From Desulfobacterales bacterium (GTDB lineage Bacteria; Desulfobacterota; Desulfobacteria; Desulfobacterales; UBA2174), in assembly GCA_963668645.2 (NCBI GenBank), contig CAXXWC010000019.1, positions 384,001 to 448,000 on the forward strand: a stretch of DNA of 64,000 nt, read 5' to 3'. The position numbers and the translations under genes were made by a program. Position 1 is the stretch's first letter, and every line of letters begins with the position of its first letter. The notes beneath the pieces were generated by a model, which saw nothing but the letters and a program-made list of their open reading frames with translations, had not been told where the DNA came from and did not search any database. Of the stretch, positions 8,116 to 18,980 are shown in pieces.

Positions 8116-9177
8116 TCAGCCGTAGATGAAGTTGAGCGGCAGGGGGGGATATTTCCAGACGCCCGGCTTTGGCAGCAGATTCTGGGAGCTGACGCTGAGC
8201 CAGTTCAAGTCGGGTTTGAGTTCGCGCAGGCGGCCGTCTTCCGGGGGCCGTGCATGGTCGGTGTAAGCGTAGCTGACCTGGAAAATACACAGGTTGGCCT
8301 TGCCGCGATGGATCAGGACGTAGTTTTTACGAAAAGTACGCGGCGCCATGGTGTGGGCCGCGGCGATCTGCTCGATTTCGGCATCGGAGAGTTTGATCAA
8401 AATCGCCTTGGAAGTGCCCCGCTCGCTGATGCGGATCAACGAACGCGACTCGCTGCTGCCCACATAGACCGTGCTGACGCACGGCAGGCGCTTGAGATAC
8501 TGGGCCGCCACGATGGCCGCCGTACGCCGCCCGCCCACCATCAGGGGCACACCGAAGTATTCGAAAAACTTTTTTTGCAGATCCTCGGCGTATTTTTCAC
8601 CCTTCTCGTACAGGTCTTTGCTGATGTAGCGCAGGCTGCGCGCCAGGTCTTCGGCCGCCTCGGCGATGGGCCAGTCGATGCGCACATGAAAGTGGCTCAG
8701 GATATAGTGGTCGCGCATATGGCAGGCCGGATCGCGCTGGATCAGCAGGGCGTAGTCCACCGGGAGCAAATCTTTCATAAGATCGTAGAACCGGGCGCTT
8801 TCGATGGATTTCCAGTTCCTGTCGAAGGGGTTCTCCAGTGACAGCACCCCGCCTTGAGTCAAGTTGGTTTTGGTCGTCTTGGTCACATCGAAAAAGCGGA
8901 TGTACTTCTTGTGGATCGCCGGCAGGCTGTCTTCGATGAAAATCACCAAAAAGGCGTTGTGGCAATCGTACTCCTGGCCCGGAATCCGCGCCCGGGGCTT
9001 GAGCTCGCGCTTTTCCACGAAAGGATAGGGCAGGCTGCGGTCGAGAAACTGTTCGTAGGACTGCAGCAGCGCATGGGAAAGGATGAACTGGTCCAGGTCA
9101 TCGCGCAGCAGCTCATAGTAGGACCGGCGCAGGCGATTGGCCCGGCTCAGCTCTTCCCGGATACTCCAGTACGCCAC
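8116..9177 (-). CDS. Hypothetical protein, 353 aa
   Basis: Long ORF with host-like codon usage, GTG start after ggagg RBS; no motif recognised. Confidence 0.8.
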   Translation of the reverse strand: MAYWSIREELSRANRLRRSYYELLRDDLDQFILSHALLQSYEQFLDRSLPYPFVEKRELKPRARIPGQEYDCHNAFLVIFIEDSLPAIHKKYIRFFDVTKTTKTNLTQGGVLSLENPFDRNWKSIESARFYDLMKDLLPVDYALLIQRDPACHMRDHYILSHFHVRIDWPIAEAAEDLARSLRYISKDLYEKGEKYAEDLQKKFFEYFGVPLMVGGRRTAAIVAAQYLKRLPCVSTVYVGSSESRSLIRISERGTSKAILIKLSDAEIEQIAAAHTMAPRTFRKNYVLIHRGKANLCIFQVSYAYTDHARPPEDGRLRELKPDLNWLSVSSQNLLPKPGVWKYPPLPLNFIYG

Positions 9178-9234
9178 TTGGTTTCCTCCACGCGGGTTTT
9201 CGATGGGCAGGCAAGATTTGTATATAGTCGTCTA

Positions 9235-9264
9235 AACTTAGCATTCCTAATAGGAATGCGTCAA
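9235..9264 (-). promoter_or_regulatory. Putative promoter with a perfect palindromic operator in its spacer
   Basis: TTGACG-N18-TAAGTT on minus; GCATTCCTA-A-TAGGAATGC at 9241-9259. Confidence 0.55.
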
Positions 9265-9299
9265 ATATAACTTATCCCAAAAATCCGTCAGGCTTTGAT

Positions 9300-10115
9300 T
9301 TACGCTCCCGGCGTCCTTGGACCTTCATGGCGGACCCCGCCGTCTTCGGCGGCCGCGTCGTGCTTGGACGACGGGGAGGCCGGTGCCTGGGCGCTGTTCC
9401 AGCGCGCGATCCACTGTTGCCATTTTTCCCGGTAGCGGTAGGCAAGGTACAACCCGAGTCCGCAGGCCAGGGTCACGGTGGCAAAGGTGACGATATTCCC
9501 TCCGGCCAGGGAAGCGCCCTGGAGACTGAGCAGGAATGTGCCGGGCAGGCGGCCCACGGCCGCCAAGGGCAGCAGCACCCGCAGGGGCAGATGGCTCAGG
9601 CCGAGAAACAGGCAGAGGTAATCTTTGGGAAATCCGGGCAGGACGAAGAGGGCCAGGGCCGCCATGAGGCCCTGGCCCTGCATCAGACGGTCAAAATGTT
9701 CCAGATGACGAGCGGCCACCACGCGCCTGACAAAGGCGCGCCCAAGCACCCGTCCCAGAACCAGGTTGATCCAGGAGCCGAGGGTCAGGCCGATGGTACT
9801 GTAAACGAATCCGGCCCCGGTGCCGAAAAGAACGCCGCCGGCAAATCCGGTGGCCTCACCCGGAATCGGCGCCAGAATCACCTGGGCGATCTGCAGGCAA
9901 ATGAACACCGCCGGCGCAGCGGCCCCCTGATCGGCCACCCACTGCGCCATGCGACGGGAATCGACCATCAGCGCGTAGCCGCTGACGGCCAGACGTCCCA
10001 GGGGCTCACGCCAGATCCAACCCGACAAGATCCCGAGGCCTACAACAACCAGGATCGCCGCCAGCCACCATCGCCTGGCGCTGAAGCGGCGCTGGGGGGC
10101 CGGCGCTGGGGCCAT
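9300..10115 (-). CDS. TVP38/TMEM64 (VTT/DedA superfamily) membrane protein
   Basis: LQIAQVILAPIPGE, GVLFG and LPGFPKDYLC..G..GRLPG motifs; hydrophobic. Start uncertain. Confidence 0.85.
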   Translation of the reverse strand: MAPAPAPQRRFSARRWWLAAILVVVGLGILSGWIWREPLGRLAVSGYALMVDSRRMAQWVADQGAAAPAVFICLQIAQVILAPIPGEATGFAGGVLFGTGAGFVYSTIGLTLGSWINLVLGRVLGRAFVRRVVAARHLEHFDRLMQGQGLMAALALFVLPGFPKDYLCLFLGLSHLPLRVLLPLAAVGRLPGTFLLSLQGASLAGGNIVTFATVTLACGLGLYLAYRYREKWQQWIARWNSAQAPASPSSKHDAAAEDGGVRHEGPRTPGA

Positions 10116-10308
10116 GATGCAAATCCCTCGATAGTGTCCATCCATAAACGGCACCCTTCGGCTTCCGGCGGCGTTCTCCCTCGTTTCCAATCCTCGAAAT
10201 AGCGGGCTATTGCTCCGGTTGAAAACTCGCTCGGGCCTTGCCAGGAACCAAAAATCACCATTTATGGACGGACACCCAGTAAAACCGTAAGGGTCAAATC
10301 GGTCCGGT

Positions 10309-11490
10309 TCAGTCCTTTTCCAGGGCTTCGACCGCCGGCAACCGCTTGCCCTCCAGCAATTCCAGAAAGGCGCCGCCGCCAGTGGAGATGTAAGTGATCC
10401 GATCCGCCTCCCCGCTTTTATGGAGCGCGGTGTCCGTGTCGCCGCCGCCCACGATCGTCAGGGCATGGGAGCTGGCCACGCTGTGGACCATGGCCATGGT
10501 GCCGCGGCTGAAGGCGTCCATTTCGAAAACCCCCATGGGACCGTTCCAGACGATGGTCTTGGCATCGTAAAGGACCTGATTGAAAAGCAGGGCCGTGGCC
10601 GGTCCGATATCCAGTGCCATCCACTCTTGCGGGATCTCTTGAATGGGAACGATCTTTGTCTGGGCCTGGGGGTCCAGGCGATCGGCCACCACCGCATCCA
10701 CCGGCAGGTAGAATTTGACTCCCCGCTCGGTGGCCTGGCGCATGATGCGACCGGCTGTCTCGACCAGATCGGCCTCAATCATCGACCGGCCCAGCACGAA
10801 TCCCTGGCTGCTCAGGAAAGTGTTGGCCATGGCGCCGCCGATGATAAATTTGTCCACGTGGCGCATCATGTTTTCCAGGGCACCGAGTTTGCTCGACACC
10901 TTGGCACCGCCCACGATGGCCACCAGAGGCCGCAGCGGGTCTTCCATGGCCCGGTGAAAATACTCCAGCTCGCGCTGGAGCAAGAGCCCGGCGGCACATA
11001 CCGGCACATGGCGCGTGACGGCAACCACCGAAGCGTTGCGCCGATGGCTCACCGCAAAGGCATCGTTGATGTAGACATCGCACAAAGCGGCCAGGCCGCG
11101 CGCAAATTCATCGTCGTCTTCGGTCTCGGCTTTGTGAAAACGCAGGTTTTCCAGCAGCAGTACGTCCCCCGGGGCCAGTGCGGACGCCATGGCCTCTACC
11201 CGGGGCCCCACGCAGTCCGGCGCCATGGCCACTTCGTGCTGCAGCAGCCGCCCCAGCCGCTTGGCCACCGGGGCCAGGCTCATCTCCGGCACCACCTTGC
11301 CCTTGGGACGGCCCAGATGCGAGGCCACGATCACCTTGGCGCGCCGGTCCAGGGCATAGTTGATGCTGGGCAGCACGGCCCGTATCCGGGTATCGTCGCT
11401 GATGTCCTGCTGCGCATCCAGCGGGACGTTGAAGTCCACCCGAAACAGCACCCGCTTGCCTTCTATATCGATCTCCTTGATGGTTTTCAT
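10309..11490 (-). CDS. pgk: Phosphoglycerate kinase
   Basis: [47 protein letters not shown]. Confidence 0.98.
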   Translation of the reverse strand: MKTIKEIDIEGKRVLFRVDFNVPLDAQQDISDDTRIRAVLPSINYALDRRAKVIVASHLGRPKGKVVPEMSLAPVAKRLGRLLQHEVAMAPDCVGPRVEAMASALAPGDVLLLENLRFHKAETEDDDEFARGLAALCDVYINDAFAVSHRRNASVVAVTRHVPVCAAGLLLQRELEYFHRAMEDPLRPLVAIVGGAKVSSKLGALENMMRHVDKFIIGGAMANTFLSSQGFVLGRSMIEADLVETAGRIMRQATERGVKFYLPVDAVVADRLDPQAQTKIVPIQEIPQEWMALDIGPATALLFNQVLYDAKTIVWNGPMGVFEMDAFSRGTMAMVHSVASSHALTIVGGGDTDTALHKSGEADRITYISTGGGAFLELLEGKRLPAVEALEKD

Positions 11491-11551
11491 CAATCAGTTC
11501 TCCAGTGTTGAAGGTTGATCCTGCAACGGCCGGCACCGGGGCCCACCGGCT

Positions 11552-11860
11552 TCAGTCGCCTTGCGCCTTTGATCCGGTTGCGGCGGATCTGCCCCGCTCC
11601 CGCGAGCGGCGTTCCAGCATCTTTTTGCGCGACCAGCGGGTGAAAAAGCCGACCTTCCCGGCCTCCTCGGCCCGGTGCAGATGTTCCCGGCGCACCTGAT
11701 CGCCGTCCGGCCCGGCCATGGCCTGGCGCAGGCATTCGGTCTTGCAGTGGCAGACCATGCACCCTTCCGGCGTTGCACGCAGGCCGTCTGCGCCCATAGG
11801 GAAAACCGTATCCAAACGGCCGAAACAGTACGGCCGGGTATTTGGTCTGTGCTGCGGCAT
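11552..11860 (-). CDS. Small Cys-containing hypothetical protein
   Basis: RBS ggag; CFG...FP...CxxCxCKxxC pattern; lies co-oriented between radC and pgk. Confidence 0.65.
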   Translation of the reverse strand: MPQHRPNTRPYCFGRLDTVFPMGADGLRATPEGCMVCHCKTECLRQAMAGPDGDQVRREHLHRAEEAGKVGFFTRWSRKKMLERRSRERGRSAATGSKAQGD

Positions 11861-11930
11861 GCCTGCTCCCTGTGGGGCGTCTCTAACGGTTGAACGCCCG
11901 TTTGGCCTGGAAAAACGCCGGCCTCTCCCC

Positions 11931-12779
11931 TCACCCGCCTCCCATGGCGGCATCGAATTCCCGGTTCATCGCCACGATCCGCCCCTGATCGGCAAAGCTG
12001 TAATAGCGATTGGCCCCCACCACTAAATGTTCGTGCACCGTAATGCCCACCGCCCGGCAGACAAAAACCAGACGGCGGGTCAATGCCACGTCGTCCGCCG
12101 ACGGGGCCGGATCCCCCGACGGATGATTATGGGCGAAGATCAGGGCCGCGGCCCTCCGCTCCAGGGCCGCCTGAATCACTTCGCGCGGGTAGACGGCACT
12201 GGCCGTCAACGACCCCTCGGAGAGAACGGCGGTGTCCAGGACCCGGTTCTTGGCGTCCAGAAAAAGGGCCACGAAGCGCTCCCGGGACAGATCGCGCAGG
12301 GTGTGGTAGAGAAAATCGAAAAGGGCCCGCGAGTCGTTGAGCACCGGCCGGTCGATGAGTCGCTGGGCAAGGTAGCGGTCCGCCACCGCCTTGACCAGGC
12401 GCAGGGCGATGGCGTTATGGGGCCCGATCCCGGCCACCTGGGACAGGGCATCGAGGGAAGCCTCGAAAATCGCCGGCAGGGTCTTGAAATGCGCCATGGC
12501 GGCCTTGGCCGCCGGCTTGCAATCCTTGCGGGGCATTCCCAGGGTCAAGAGCAGTTCGACGATTTCATAGTCGTGGAAACCGTCCAGGCCCCCTTGCAAA
12601 AACCGCTCCCGCAGCCGGCGGCGATGTCCCCGGGCGCTTTGGGGCGCTTTGTCCACCGGCGCTTGATCGCGGGGGGGAGCCACGGCGGTCTCCTTTGATG
12701 CTTGATTCCTGACGGTCCAGCGGCGAATCGGGATTGAACGATTCGAAAAGCGCGGTCCACCCACGCTGGCGCCAATCAT
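11931..12779 (-). CDS. radC: RadC family JAB-domain protein (start probably further downstream)
   Basis: GHRRRLRERF, ELLLTL, VYPREV, AHNHPSGDPAPSADD, HEHLVVG, YYSF. Confidence 0.95.
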   Translation of the reverse strand: MIGASVGGPRFSNRSIPIRRWTVRNQASKETAVAPPRDQAPVDKAPQSARGHRRRLRERFLQGGLDGFHDYEIVELLLTLGMPRKDCKPAAKAAMAHFKTLPAIFEASLDALSQVAGIGPHNAIALRLVKAVADRYLAQRLIDRPVLNDSRALFDFLYHTLRDLSRERFVALFLDAKNRVLDTAVLSEGSLTASAVYPREVIQAALERRAAALIFAHNHPSGDPAPSADDVALTRRLVFVCRAVGITVHEHLVVGANRYYSFADQGRIVAMNREFDAAMGGG

Positions 12780-12782
12780 CCG

Positions 12783-13871
12783 TCAACAATCCCCGATCGC
12801 CAGTCCTATCTCGTCCAGCTCGTCCTTCAGATCGCGGGTCATGAGCCGCTGCACCCCTTCCACCGGAGACGTTCCCTCGTAAAGAATGCGGTAGATCTCC
12901 TGGCAGATGGGCATTTCCACGGACAGCCGCTGCGAGAGGTTGTAGACCGATTTGGCGGTCTTGACCCCCTCGGCCACCATGCGCATCTCGGCCAGAATAG
13001 CCTCCAGCCGCTTGCCCTCGCCCAGTTTGACGCCCACCGTATGGTTGCGGCTCAAGGCCCCGGTGCAGGTCAGCACCAGATCGCCCATCCCTGCCAGGCC
13101 GGCGAAGGTGAAGGGATTGGCGCCCATGGCCAGGCCCAGGCGCCGGATCTCGGCCAATCCCCGGGTGATCAGGGCGGCCCGGGTGTTGAGGCCCAGTCCC
13201 AGGCCGTCCACCACCCCTGCGGCGATGGCGATCACGTTCTTGACCGCCCCGCCCAGCTCGACCCCGATCACGTCTTCATTGGTGTAAACGCGAAACCAGG
13301 GAGCGGCAAAAACATGCTGCACATACTCGGCCACCTCCGGGCGGCGCGAGGCGGCGGTCACCACGGTGGGCACCCGCCGGGCCACCTCCTTGGCGAAACT
13401 CGGTCCGGAAAGGGCGGCCAGTCTTGGGTCTGGACCCAAAACGAGGGTTTCGGCCAGAATCCCGGTCATGTTCAGGTAGGTCTCGTTTTCGATCCCCTTG
13501 GAGGCCGAGACCACGATGGTCTGAGGCCCCAACCGGCCGCGGATTTTCTCGGCGGTGGCGCGCATCACGTGGGAAGGGACCACCATGACCACCAGGTCCT
13601 TGCCGGCCACCACGGCCGCCAGATCCGTATCGGGCGTGATGCCCGGCGAAAGGGGGCAACCGGGCAGGTAGACCCGGTTTTCCCGTTCGGTGCGGATCTG
13701 CTGGCAGACCTCGGACTCGAAAACCCACAGATGCACCGGATATCCCTTGTCGGCCAGCAGTTGGGCCAGGGCCGTGCCCCAGCTTCCGGCTCCCACCACG
13801 GCGATACGGGCCTGCTCGAATGGTGGGCGCTCAGTCATCGATCCACTCACTTGATCCTTTTGCGCCGTCAT
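12783..13871 (-). CDS. gpsA: NAD(P)H-dependent glycerol-3-phosphate dehydrogenase
   Basis: [47 protein letters not shown] overlap with the gyrA stop. Confidence 0.97.
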   Translation of the reverse strand: MTAQKDQVSGSMTERPPFEQARIAVVGAGSWGTALAQLLADKGYPVHLWVFESEVCQQIRTERENRVYLPGCPLSPGITPDTDLAAVVAGKDLVVMVVPSHVMRATAEKIRGRLGPQTIVVSASKGIENETYLNMTGILAETLVLGPDPRLAALSGPSFAKEVARRVPTVVTAASRRPEVAEYVQHVFAAPWFRVYTNEDVIGVELGGAVKNVIAIAAGVVDGLGLGLNTRAALITRGLAEIRRLGLAMGANPFTFAGLAGMGDLVLTCTGALSRNHTVGVKLGEGKRLEAILAEMRMVAEGVKTAKSVYNLSQRLSVEMPICQEIYRILYEGTSPVEGVQRLMTRDLKDELDEIGLAIGDC

Positions 13872-16369
13872 GGTGCCGGGGCCTCGTCTGCTTCCGGCTC
13901 ACCGCCATCTTCGGGCGTTTCGTCTTCATCTCCGTCTCCATTTTCCTCACGTTCCACCAGCCGGACCGCGCCAACCACGCGCTCACCGGATCCCAGGTCC
14001 ATCAGCCTGACCCCCTGGGTATTGCGGCTGATGACGCTGACCCCCTCGATGGGGATGCGAATCAGCATCCCGGCATTGGTCATCAGCATCATGTCATCCT
14101 GATCTTCGACCAGCACGATGGCCACTACCTGCCCGTTGCGCGCACTGGTCTTGATGGTGATCACGCCCTTGCCGCCGCGGCCCTGAACCGGATATTCGTC
14201 GATGGCGGTGCGCTTGCCGTACCCGTTTTCGGTCACCACGAAAAGGGTCTGGCCGTGGGTCAGGACCTCCATGCCCACGATCCGGTCTCCGGGATCCAGG
14301 CGCAGGCCCCGCACGCCGCGCGACACCCGCCCCACAGCGCGCACATCGACCTCGTGGAAACGGATCGATTTGCCGTTGGCCGAGCCGAGAAACACGTTGC
14401 AGGTGCCGTCGGTGATGCGCGAGGCGATCAGTTCGTCTCCGGGCACCAGATCCAGGGCGATGATCCCGCCGCTGCGCGGCCGGCTGTAGGCCATGATATC
14501 GGTCTTTTTCACCAGGCCGTTGCGCGTGGCCATGATGATGTGCTTTCCCGGTTCGAAGGATTCCACCGCCAGCACCGTGGCCAGCCGTTCATCCTCGGCC
14601 AGTTCGAGCAGGTTGACGATGTTCTTGCCCACACTGGTTCGCCCGGCCTGGGGGATTTCGTACACCTTGCGCCAGTAGACCTTGCCCAGGTTGGTAAAGA
14701 AAAGAAAGGTATGGTGGGTCGAAGCGACGAAAAGCAGGCGCACGAAGTCCTGATCCTTGGTGGCCATGCCCGCCTTGCCCTTGCCGCCGCGCCGCTGGCT
14801 CTGGTAGATGCTCAGCGGGGTGCGCTTGATGTAGCCCGCCCCGGTGACGGTAACGACCATGTCCTCTTCGGCGATCATGTCCTCGATGGTGATCTCTTCG
14901 GCGCTGGGCACAATCTGGGTGCGGCGCGAGTCCCCGAACTCGGCCTGCAGCTCGTCCAGCTCGGTCTTGATCAGATCGAGGACCAGCTGGTCGCTGGCCA
15001 AAATCGCTTTGAGGCGCTCGATGTCACTGAGCACGCTGGCATACTCATCGAGGATCTTTTCGCGCTCCAGGCCGGTGAGCCGCTGCAGGCGCATGTCCAA
15101 GATCGCCTGGGCCTGAATCACGGACAGGCCGAAGGTTTCCATCAGACCGCTTTTGGCCTCTGCCGGCGAGGCCGAGCGGCGGATCAGGGCCACCACGGCA
15201 TCCAGGTTGTCCAGGGCGATCTTGAGCCCTTCGAGAACATGAGCCCGCTCCTCGGCCTTTTTCAGGTCGTAGCGCGTGCGGCGCAAGATCACGTTCTTGC
15301 GGTGGCGCACGAAATGCTCCAGGATCTGCTTGAGATTCAAAACCTCGGGGCGGCCGTCGACCACCGCCAGAAAGATGATCCCGAAGCTGTTCTCCAGACG
15401 GGTGTGTTTGAAGAGCTGATTGATGACCACCTGGGCGATCTGCTCGCGCTTGAGGGCGATGGCGATGCGCATCCCGTCGCGGTCCGACTCGTCGCGCACG
15501 TAGGCGATCCCTTCGATCTGCTTGTGCTTGACCAGCTCGGCGATCTTTTCGATGAGCTTGGCCTTGTTGACCTGGTAAGGCAGCTCGGTGACCACGATGG
15601 TCTCGCGGCCCGTCTTTTTGTCCTCCTCGACCTCGATCCGGGCCCGTTGGCGCACCACGCCGCGGCCGGTACGGTAGGCTTCCAGGATCCCGTCGCTGCC
15701 GTAGATCAACGCCGCGGTGGGAAAATCCGGCCCCGGGATATGGGTCATCAGCGCTTCGAGGTCGATGGCCGGATCGTCGATCAGGGCCTTGAGTCCCGCG
15801 ATCACCTCGCTCAGATTGTGGGGCGGGATGTTGGTGGCCATCCCCACCGCGATCCCGGCCGAGCCGTTGACCAGCAGCGCGGGAAACTTGGCCGGCAAGA
15901 CGGTCGGTTCGGTGAGCGAATCGTCGTAGTTGGGGCTCCAGTCGACCGTATCTTTTTCCAGGTCGGCCAGCATCTGGTGGGCCAGCTTCTGCATGCGCAC
16001 TTCGGTGTAGCGCATGGCCGCCGCCGGGTCGCCGTCGATGGAACCGAAGTTGCCCTGGCCGTCCACCAGCGGATAGCGCATGGAAAAATCCTGGGCCAGA
16101 CGCACGATGGTGTCGTAAACCGCGCTGTCCCCGTGGGGATGGTACTTACCGATAACATCACCCACGATGCGCGCCGATTTCTTATAGGGCTTGTTCCAGT
16201 CGTTCTTGAGTTCCTGCATGGCGAACAGCACCCGCCGGTGGACGGGCTTGAGCCCGTCGCGTACATCCGGCAGAGCGCGTCCGATGATCACGCTCATGGC
16301 ATAGTCCAGGTAGGACCTGCGCATCTCGCGTTCGATGCTGATTTCGGAAGTGGGTTGAACCTCGGTCAT
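13868..16369 (-). CDS. gyrA: DNA gyrase subunit A
   Basis: [33 protein letters not shown], and GyrA-box QRRGGKG. Confidence 0.98.
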   Translation of the reverse strand: MTEVQPTSEISIEREMRRSYLDYAMSVIIGRALPDVRDGLKPVHRRVLFAMQELKNDWNKPYKKSARIVGDVIGKYHPHGDSAVYDTIVRLAQDFSMRYPLVDGQGNFGSIDGDPAAAMRYTEVRMQKLAHQMLADLEKDTVDWSPNYDDSLTEPTVLPAKFPALLVNGSAGIAVGMATNIPPHNLSEVIAGLKALIDDPAIDLEALMTHIPGPDFPTAALIYGSDGILEAYRTGRGVVRQRARIEVEEDKKTGRETIVVTELPYQVNKAKLIEKIAELVKHKQIEGIAYVRDESDRDGMRIAIALKREQIAQVVINQLFKHTRLENSFGIIFLAVVDGRPEVLNLKQILEHFVRHRKNVILRRTRYDLKKAEERAHVLEGLKIALDNLDAVVALIRRSASPAEAKSGLMETFGLSVIQAQAILDMRLQRLTGLEREKILDEYASVLSDIERLKAILASDQLVLDLIKTELDELQAEFGDSRRTQIVPSAEEITIEDMIAEEDMVVTVTGAGYIKRTPLSIYQSQRRGGKGKAGMATKDQDFVRLLFVASTHHTFLFFTNLGKVYWRKVYEIPQAGRTSVGKNIVNLLELAEDERLATVLAVESFEPGKHIIMATRNGLVKKTDIMAYSRPRSGGIIALDLVPGDELIASRITDGTCNVFLGSANGKSIRFHEVDVRAVGRVSRGVRGLRLDPGDRIVGMEVLTHGQTLFVVTENGYGKRTAIDEYPVQGRGGKGVITIKTSARNGQVVAIVLVEDQDDMMLMTNAGMLIRIPIEGVSVISRNTQGVRLMDLGSGERVVGAVRLVEREENGDGDEDETPEDGGEPEADEAPAP

Positions 16370-16453
16370 CTCGTCACCTGAAAGTCGGGGTCACGGCCGC
16401 GGGCTTTGACGCGCTCGGCGCGCGCGGCCCGCAGCCGGAACCGGCGCCGGCGG

Positions 16454-16501
16454 AAAAAAACGGCGGCACCGCCTTTTCCCGCAGGGAAAAGAGGGTGCCG
16501 C
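16454..16501 (-). terminator. Intrinsic terminator downstream of the 52-aa ORF
   Basis: Minus strand gcggcacc-ctcttttccc-tgc-gggaaaag-gcggtgccgc followed by a T7 run. Confidence 0.7.
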
Positions 16502-16543
16502 GGTGAAGGTGCGTCCAAATGGCAAAGGGTCGGACTCGGTAGA

Positions 16544-16702
16544 TCAGCGACTGATCCAGGCGCCCGTCAGCAGCAGAAGCAGCGTCTCGTATATGAAAAC
16601 CGCCGTGTAGTCGCTACCGGTCAGGGCATAGATAATTCCGCCGCCGATGATCGCCGGTACGCCGCAAAATACAAGAATTCCCAATTTTCTGCTGATACTC
16701 AT
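16544..16702 (-). CDS. Small 52-aa two-TM membrane protein (not in ORF track)
   Basis: MSISRKLGILVFCGVPAIIGGGIIYALTGSDYTAVFIYETLLLLLTGAWISR; GAGGAG RBS; terminator follows. Confidence 0.75.
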   Translation of the reverse strand: MSISRKLGILVFCGVPAIIGGGIIYALTGSDYTAVFIYETLLLLLTGAWISR

Positions 16703-16811
16703 CGGTATGGCTCCTCATGCAAAAATGGACCGGCCTTCCACCCGGGAGCCGGCCCTGCTTTAAACACGGACCAATGTTAGCAATAACTATCTTGAAAGTA
16801 AAGATAAAAGT

Positions 16812-18101
16812 TTAATCGCGGGTCACGATCATCGCCATTCCCATGCCGCCGCCAATGCACATGGAGATCAGTCCGCCTCCCAGACCGTTGCGCTGCATAT
16901 GGTGCATGGCCGTGACCATCTGGCGCGCCCCGGTGCAGCCGATGGGATGGCCCAGGCTGATCCCCGAACCGAGCGGGTTGGGCCGGTCCACGGCGATGTT
17001 CAATTCGCGCATGCACCCAATGGCCTGGGCGGCAAAGGCTTCGTTGAGTTCGATCAGATCGATGTCGTCCAGGGTCATGCCCGCTTGAACCAGTGCCCGG
17101 CGCACCGCCGGCACCGGTCCGAGCCCCATATAGGCCGGATCGAGCCCCCCGGATGCAAAGGCGCGGATCTTGACCATCGGCTCCAGGCCCATCTCCTTGG
17201 CCTTGTCGGCGCTCATCATCAGCACCGAGGCCGCCGCGTCGTTGATTCCCGACGCGTTGCCGGCCGTCACGCTGCCATCCTTGCGAAAGGCCGGCCTGAG
17301 CCGCGCCATCTTTTCCAGGCTGGTGTCCATGGGCCGCTCATCGGTGTCCACCACCGTCTCGCCTTTGCGGGTCCGGATGACCACCGGAACGATCTCGGCG
17401 GCAAAGAGCCCCTCGGTAATGGCCCGGCGGGCGCGGGTGTGGCTCATCACCCCCAGTTCGTCCTGCTCCTGGCGGCTGATGCCGTAAAGGGTGGCGATGT
17501 TCTCGGCGGTCTGGCCCATGTGATAGCCGTAAAAAATCTCCCAGAGCCCGTCGAAAACCATCAGGTCGCGCACCTCGCCGCTGCCGGTCAACTCCATGCG
17601 GTGGCCCCAGCGGGCCTTGGGCAGGGCCATGGGGGTCTGGCTCATGTTTTCCTGGCCGCCGGCCATCACAACCTCGGCTTGGCCGGTCATGATGGCCTGG
17701 GCCCCCAGGGCGATGGCCTTGAGCCCCGAGCCGCAGACCTTGTTGATTGTAAAGGCCGGCGTTTCCTTGCTGATACCGGCCCGGATCATGGCCTGGCGGG
17801 CCGGGTTCTGCCCCTGACCGGCCTGCAGCACATTGCCCATGATCACCTCGTCGATGCTCACCGCAGCGGCATCGGCGTCATACCCGGCCGTGGCTTTTTC
17901 CAGGTCGATGGCCCCTTGGTCCTTGAGAGCGTCGGGGGCGTTATCGGCCATCGAGGCACTGCGCAGCGGCCGCAGTCCGGCCCGCTCGAGGGTTGCTTTC
18001 ATCACCGTGGCGCCCAGATCGATGGCGCTGACATCCTTGAGAACTCCGCCGAAGGCACCGATGGCCGTCCGAGCGCCGCTGACGATGACCACTTCACGCA
18101 T
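16812..18101 (-). CDS. Acetyl-CoA C-acetyltransferase (thiolase)
   Basis: NKVCGSG, TAGNASGINDAA, ELNEAFA, GHPIGCTGAR, CIGGG. Confidence 0.95.
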   Translation of the reverse strand: MREVVIVSGARTAIGAFGGVLKDVSAIDLGATVMKATLERAGLRPLRSASMADNAPDALKDQGAIDLEKATAGYDADAAAVSIDEVIMGNVLQAGQGQNPARQAMIRAGISKETPAFTINKVCGSGLKAIALGAQAIMTGQAEVVMAGGQENMSQTPMALPKARWGHRMELTGSGEVRDLMVFDGLWEIFYGYHMGQTAENIATLYGISRQEQDELGVMSHTRARRAITEGLFAAEIVPVVIRTRKGETVVDTDERPMDTSLEKMARLRPAFRKDGSVTAGNASGINDAAASVLMMSADKAKEMGLEPMVKIRAFASGGLDPAYMGLGPVPAVRRALVQAGMTLDDIDLIELNEAFAAQAIGCMRELNIAVDRPNPLGSGISLGHPIGCTGARQMVTAMHHMQRNGLGGGLISMCIGGGMGMAMIVTRD

Positions 18102-18323
18102 GGTAATCCCCTCCTGGTGTTGGATTGCTGCCTGTTCGTTGTTTTACTCAGCCAAAGGTCGCAATGAAGGCCGCCTTTTTGCAAGACGGCCGTTGGAATC
18201 GGGTTCGATGTTCCTATCATGACCCGCGGCAGGGGTCAACGCGGCTGCGAACTGCACCGTAATTCCCGGAAAAAACCGAGACTGAATTTATTCTGCGGCA
18301 GTTCGCGTGAGCCCGCTGCTTAT

Positions 18324-18746
18324 TCACCCGTCAGCGGATACCGCACCGCGCTGGGCCTTGAGACGGCTGCGGCGCTTCTTGGCGGCCAACCGGCGCTCCC
18401 GGGCCGCCGTGCCGGGACGGGTGCGGCGGCGTGTCTTGGGCGCCTCGGCCGCCTGCCGGATCAGGTCCGTCAGACGCAGGATGGCGTCCTGGCGGTTTTG
18501 TTCCTGACTGCGAAAGCGCCGGGCGTCGATGACGATCTCGCCTTCGGCCGTCAGGCGGCGACCGGCCAGACGCAGCAGGCGCCGGCGCACGTCTTCGGGC
18601 AGGGACGGGCAGCGCGCCGCATCGAAGCGCAACTGGACCGCCGTGGCGACCTTGTTGACGTTCTGGCCGCCCGGGCCCGAAGCGCGCACGAAGGCAAAAC
18701 GCAGCTCGCCGTCATCGATGGCGATGGTGTCGGTAATGGAAATCAT
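18324..18746 (-). CDS. arfB: Alternative ribosome-rescue peptidyl-tRNA hydrolase
   Basis: RASGPGGQNVNKVATAV, RSQEQNR, and a basic C-terminal tail. Confidence 0.95.
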   Translation of the reverse strand: MISITDTIAIDDGELRFAFVRASGPGGQNVNKVATAVQLRFDAARCPSLPEDVRRRLLRLAGRRLTAEGEIVIDARRFRSQEQNRQDAILRLTDLIRQAAEAPKTRRRTRPGTAARERRLAAKKRRSRLKAQRGAVSADG

Positions 18747-18896
18747 CAGATTCCGTTTCTGTCTCCTGTGAGACAAAATTGTGGCTTTTCAAGCCTGCCG
18801 GCCATCTTTCAAAACGCAAAGCCCATGTTTGACTTTGGCCTGTTCTTCGGGTAGGAGAACTCCCCTTGCGTCTTTAAGCAAGGCCGGAAATTATTT

Positions 18897-18912
18897 TGGC
18901 ACCGAAATTGCT
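18897..18912 (+). promoter_or_regulatory. Sigma54 (-24/-12) promoter
   Basis: TGGCACCGAAATTGCT matches the consensus TGGCAC-N5-TTGCW, ~70 bp before ATG 18981. Confidence 0.8.
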
Positions 18913-18980
18913 TTATGTTTTGAGCAGAATGTGAAGGGCGGGCGTCCAGCCCGCCCAAGCGAAAAGCGAAAGGCTGAACC

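Noticed and set aside
13820..16381. Long antisense ORFs opposite gyrA (and similarly opposite gdh, lon, thrC, ntrY, DUF748)
   Set aside because: Shadow ORFs expected from high-GC codon bias; no motifs recognised.
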